NCBI GenBank assembly: GCA_964252035.1
Contig: OZ176200.1
Length of the DNA stretch: 64,000 nt
Origin: Podarcis erhardii
Taxonomy: Eukaryota
Direction: 5' to 3' (one strand)
Part shown: in pieces, positions 63,930 to 64,000 of the stretch
Position numbering within the stretch: the first letter of the stretch is position 1
How the letters are laid out: every line of letters begins with the position of its first letter
Made by a program: the position numbers and the translations under genes
Notes under the pieces: model-generated
Database searches by the model: none
What the model saw: the letters and a program-made list of their open reading frames with translations, nothing else
Told to the model about the DNA's origin: nothing

Positions 63930-64000
63930 GATGGTGTTTCCTGCTTGGCAGGGGGTTGGACTCGATGGCCCTTGTGGTCTCTTCCAACTCTATGATTCTA
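63930..64000 (+). mobile_element. CR1 LINE 3' terminus, running off the window edge
   Basis: GGCAGGGGGTTGGACTCGATGGCCCTTGTGGTCTCTTCCAACTCTATGATTCTA is the characteristic CR1 end with an (ATTCTATG)-type tail. Confidence 0.8.

Noticed and set aside
36000-64000. CACNB4 beta4b exon 1/2 (…RSDGSTTSTSFILRQ), and exon 3 (GSADSYTSRPS) in 1-35000
   Set aside because: Searched by eye on the minus strand and not found. They presumably lie outside the window.

Overview
Vertebrate genomic DNA from a squamate reptile. A lacertid-type lizard is likely, inferred from the Sauria/Squam1 and Squam3 SINEs, Bov-B, CR1, L2 and L1 fragments. The window lies inside the large intron 2 region of CACNB4 (voltage-gated Ca2+ channel beta-4 subunit), which is transcribed on the minus strand. 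The only firmly recognisable coding sequence is the 45-nt beta4a-type alternative first coding exon, MYDNLYLHGFEDSEA (35578-35622, minus). I found neither the upstream beta4b exons nor the common GSADSYTSRPS exon in the window. The rest is intronic and dense with transposable elements, many of which keep their target-site duplications (TSDs): Tc1/mariner and hAT MITEs, solo LTRs, 5'-truncated L1 and Bov-B, and SINEs. Almost all ORFs in the supplied track are spurious or TE-derived. The best leads are three hidden minus-strand exon candidates that fit the phase-0 CACNB4 junction: a Met-Ala micro-exon (beta4e-like), a NAGNAG cassette that is either poison or in-frame, and a 32-codon alternative first exon. 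There is also a three-layer nested insertion, a solo LTR in the sense orientation, and a microhomology-bounded 266-bp tandem duplication. I see no convincing new biological system. The exon candidates are hypotheses that need RNA-seq or conservation data.
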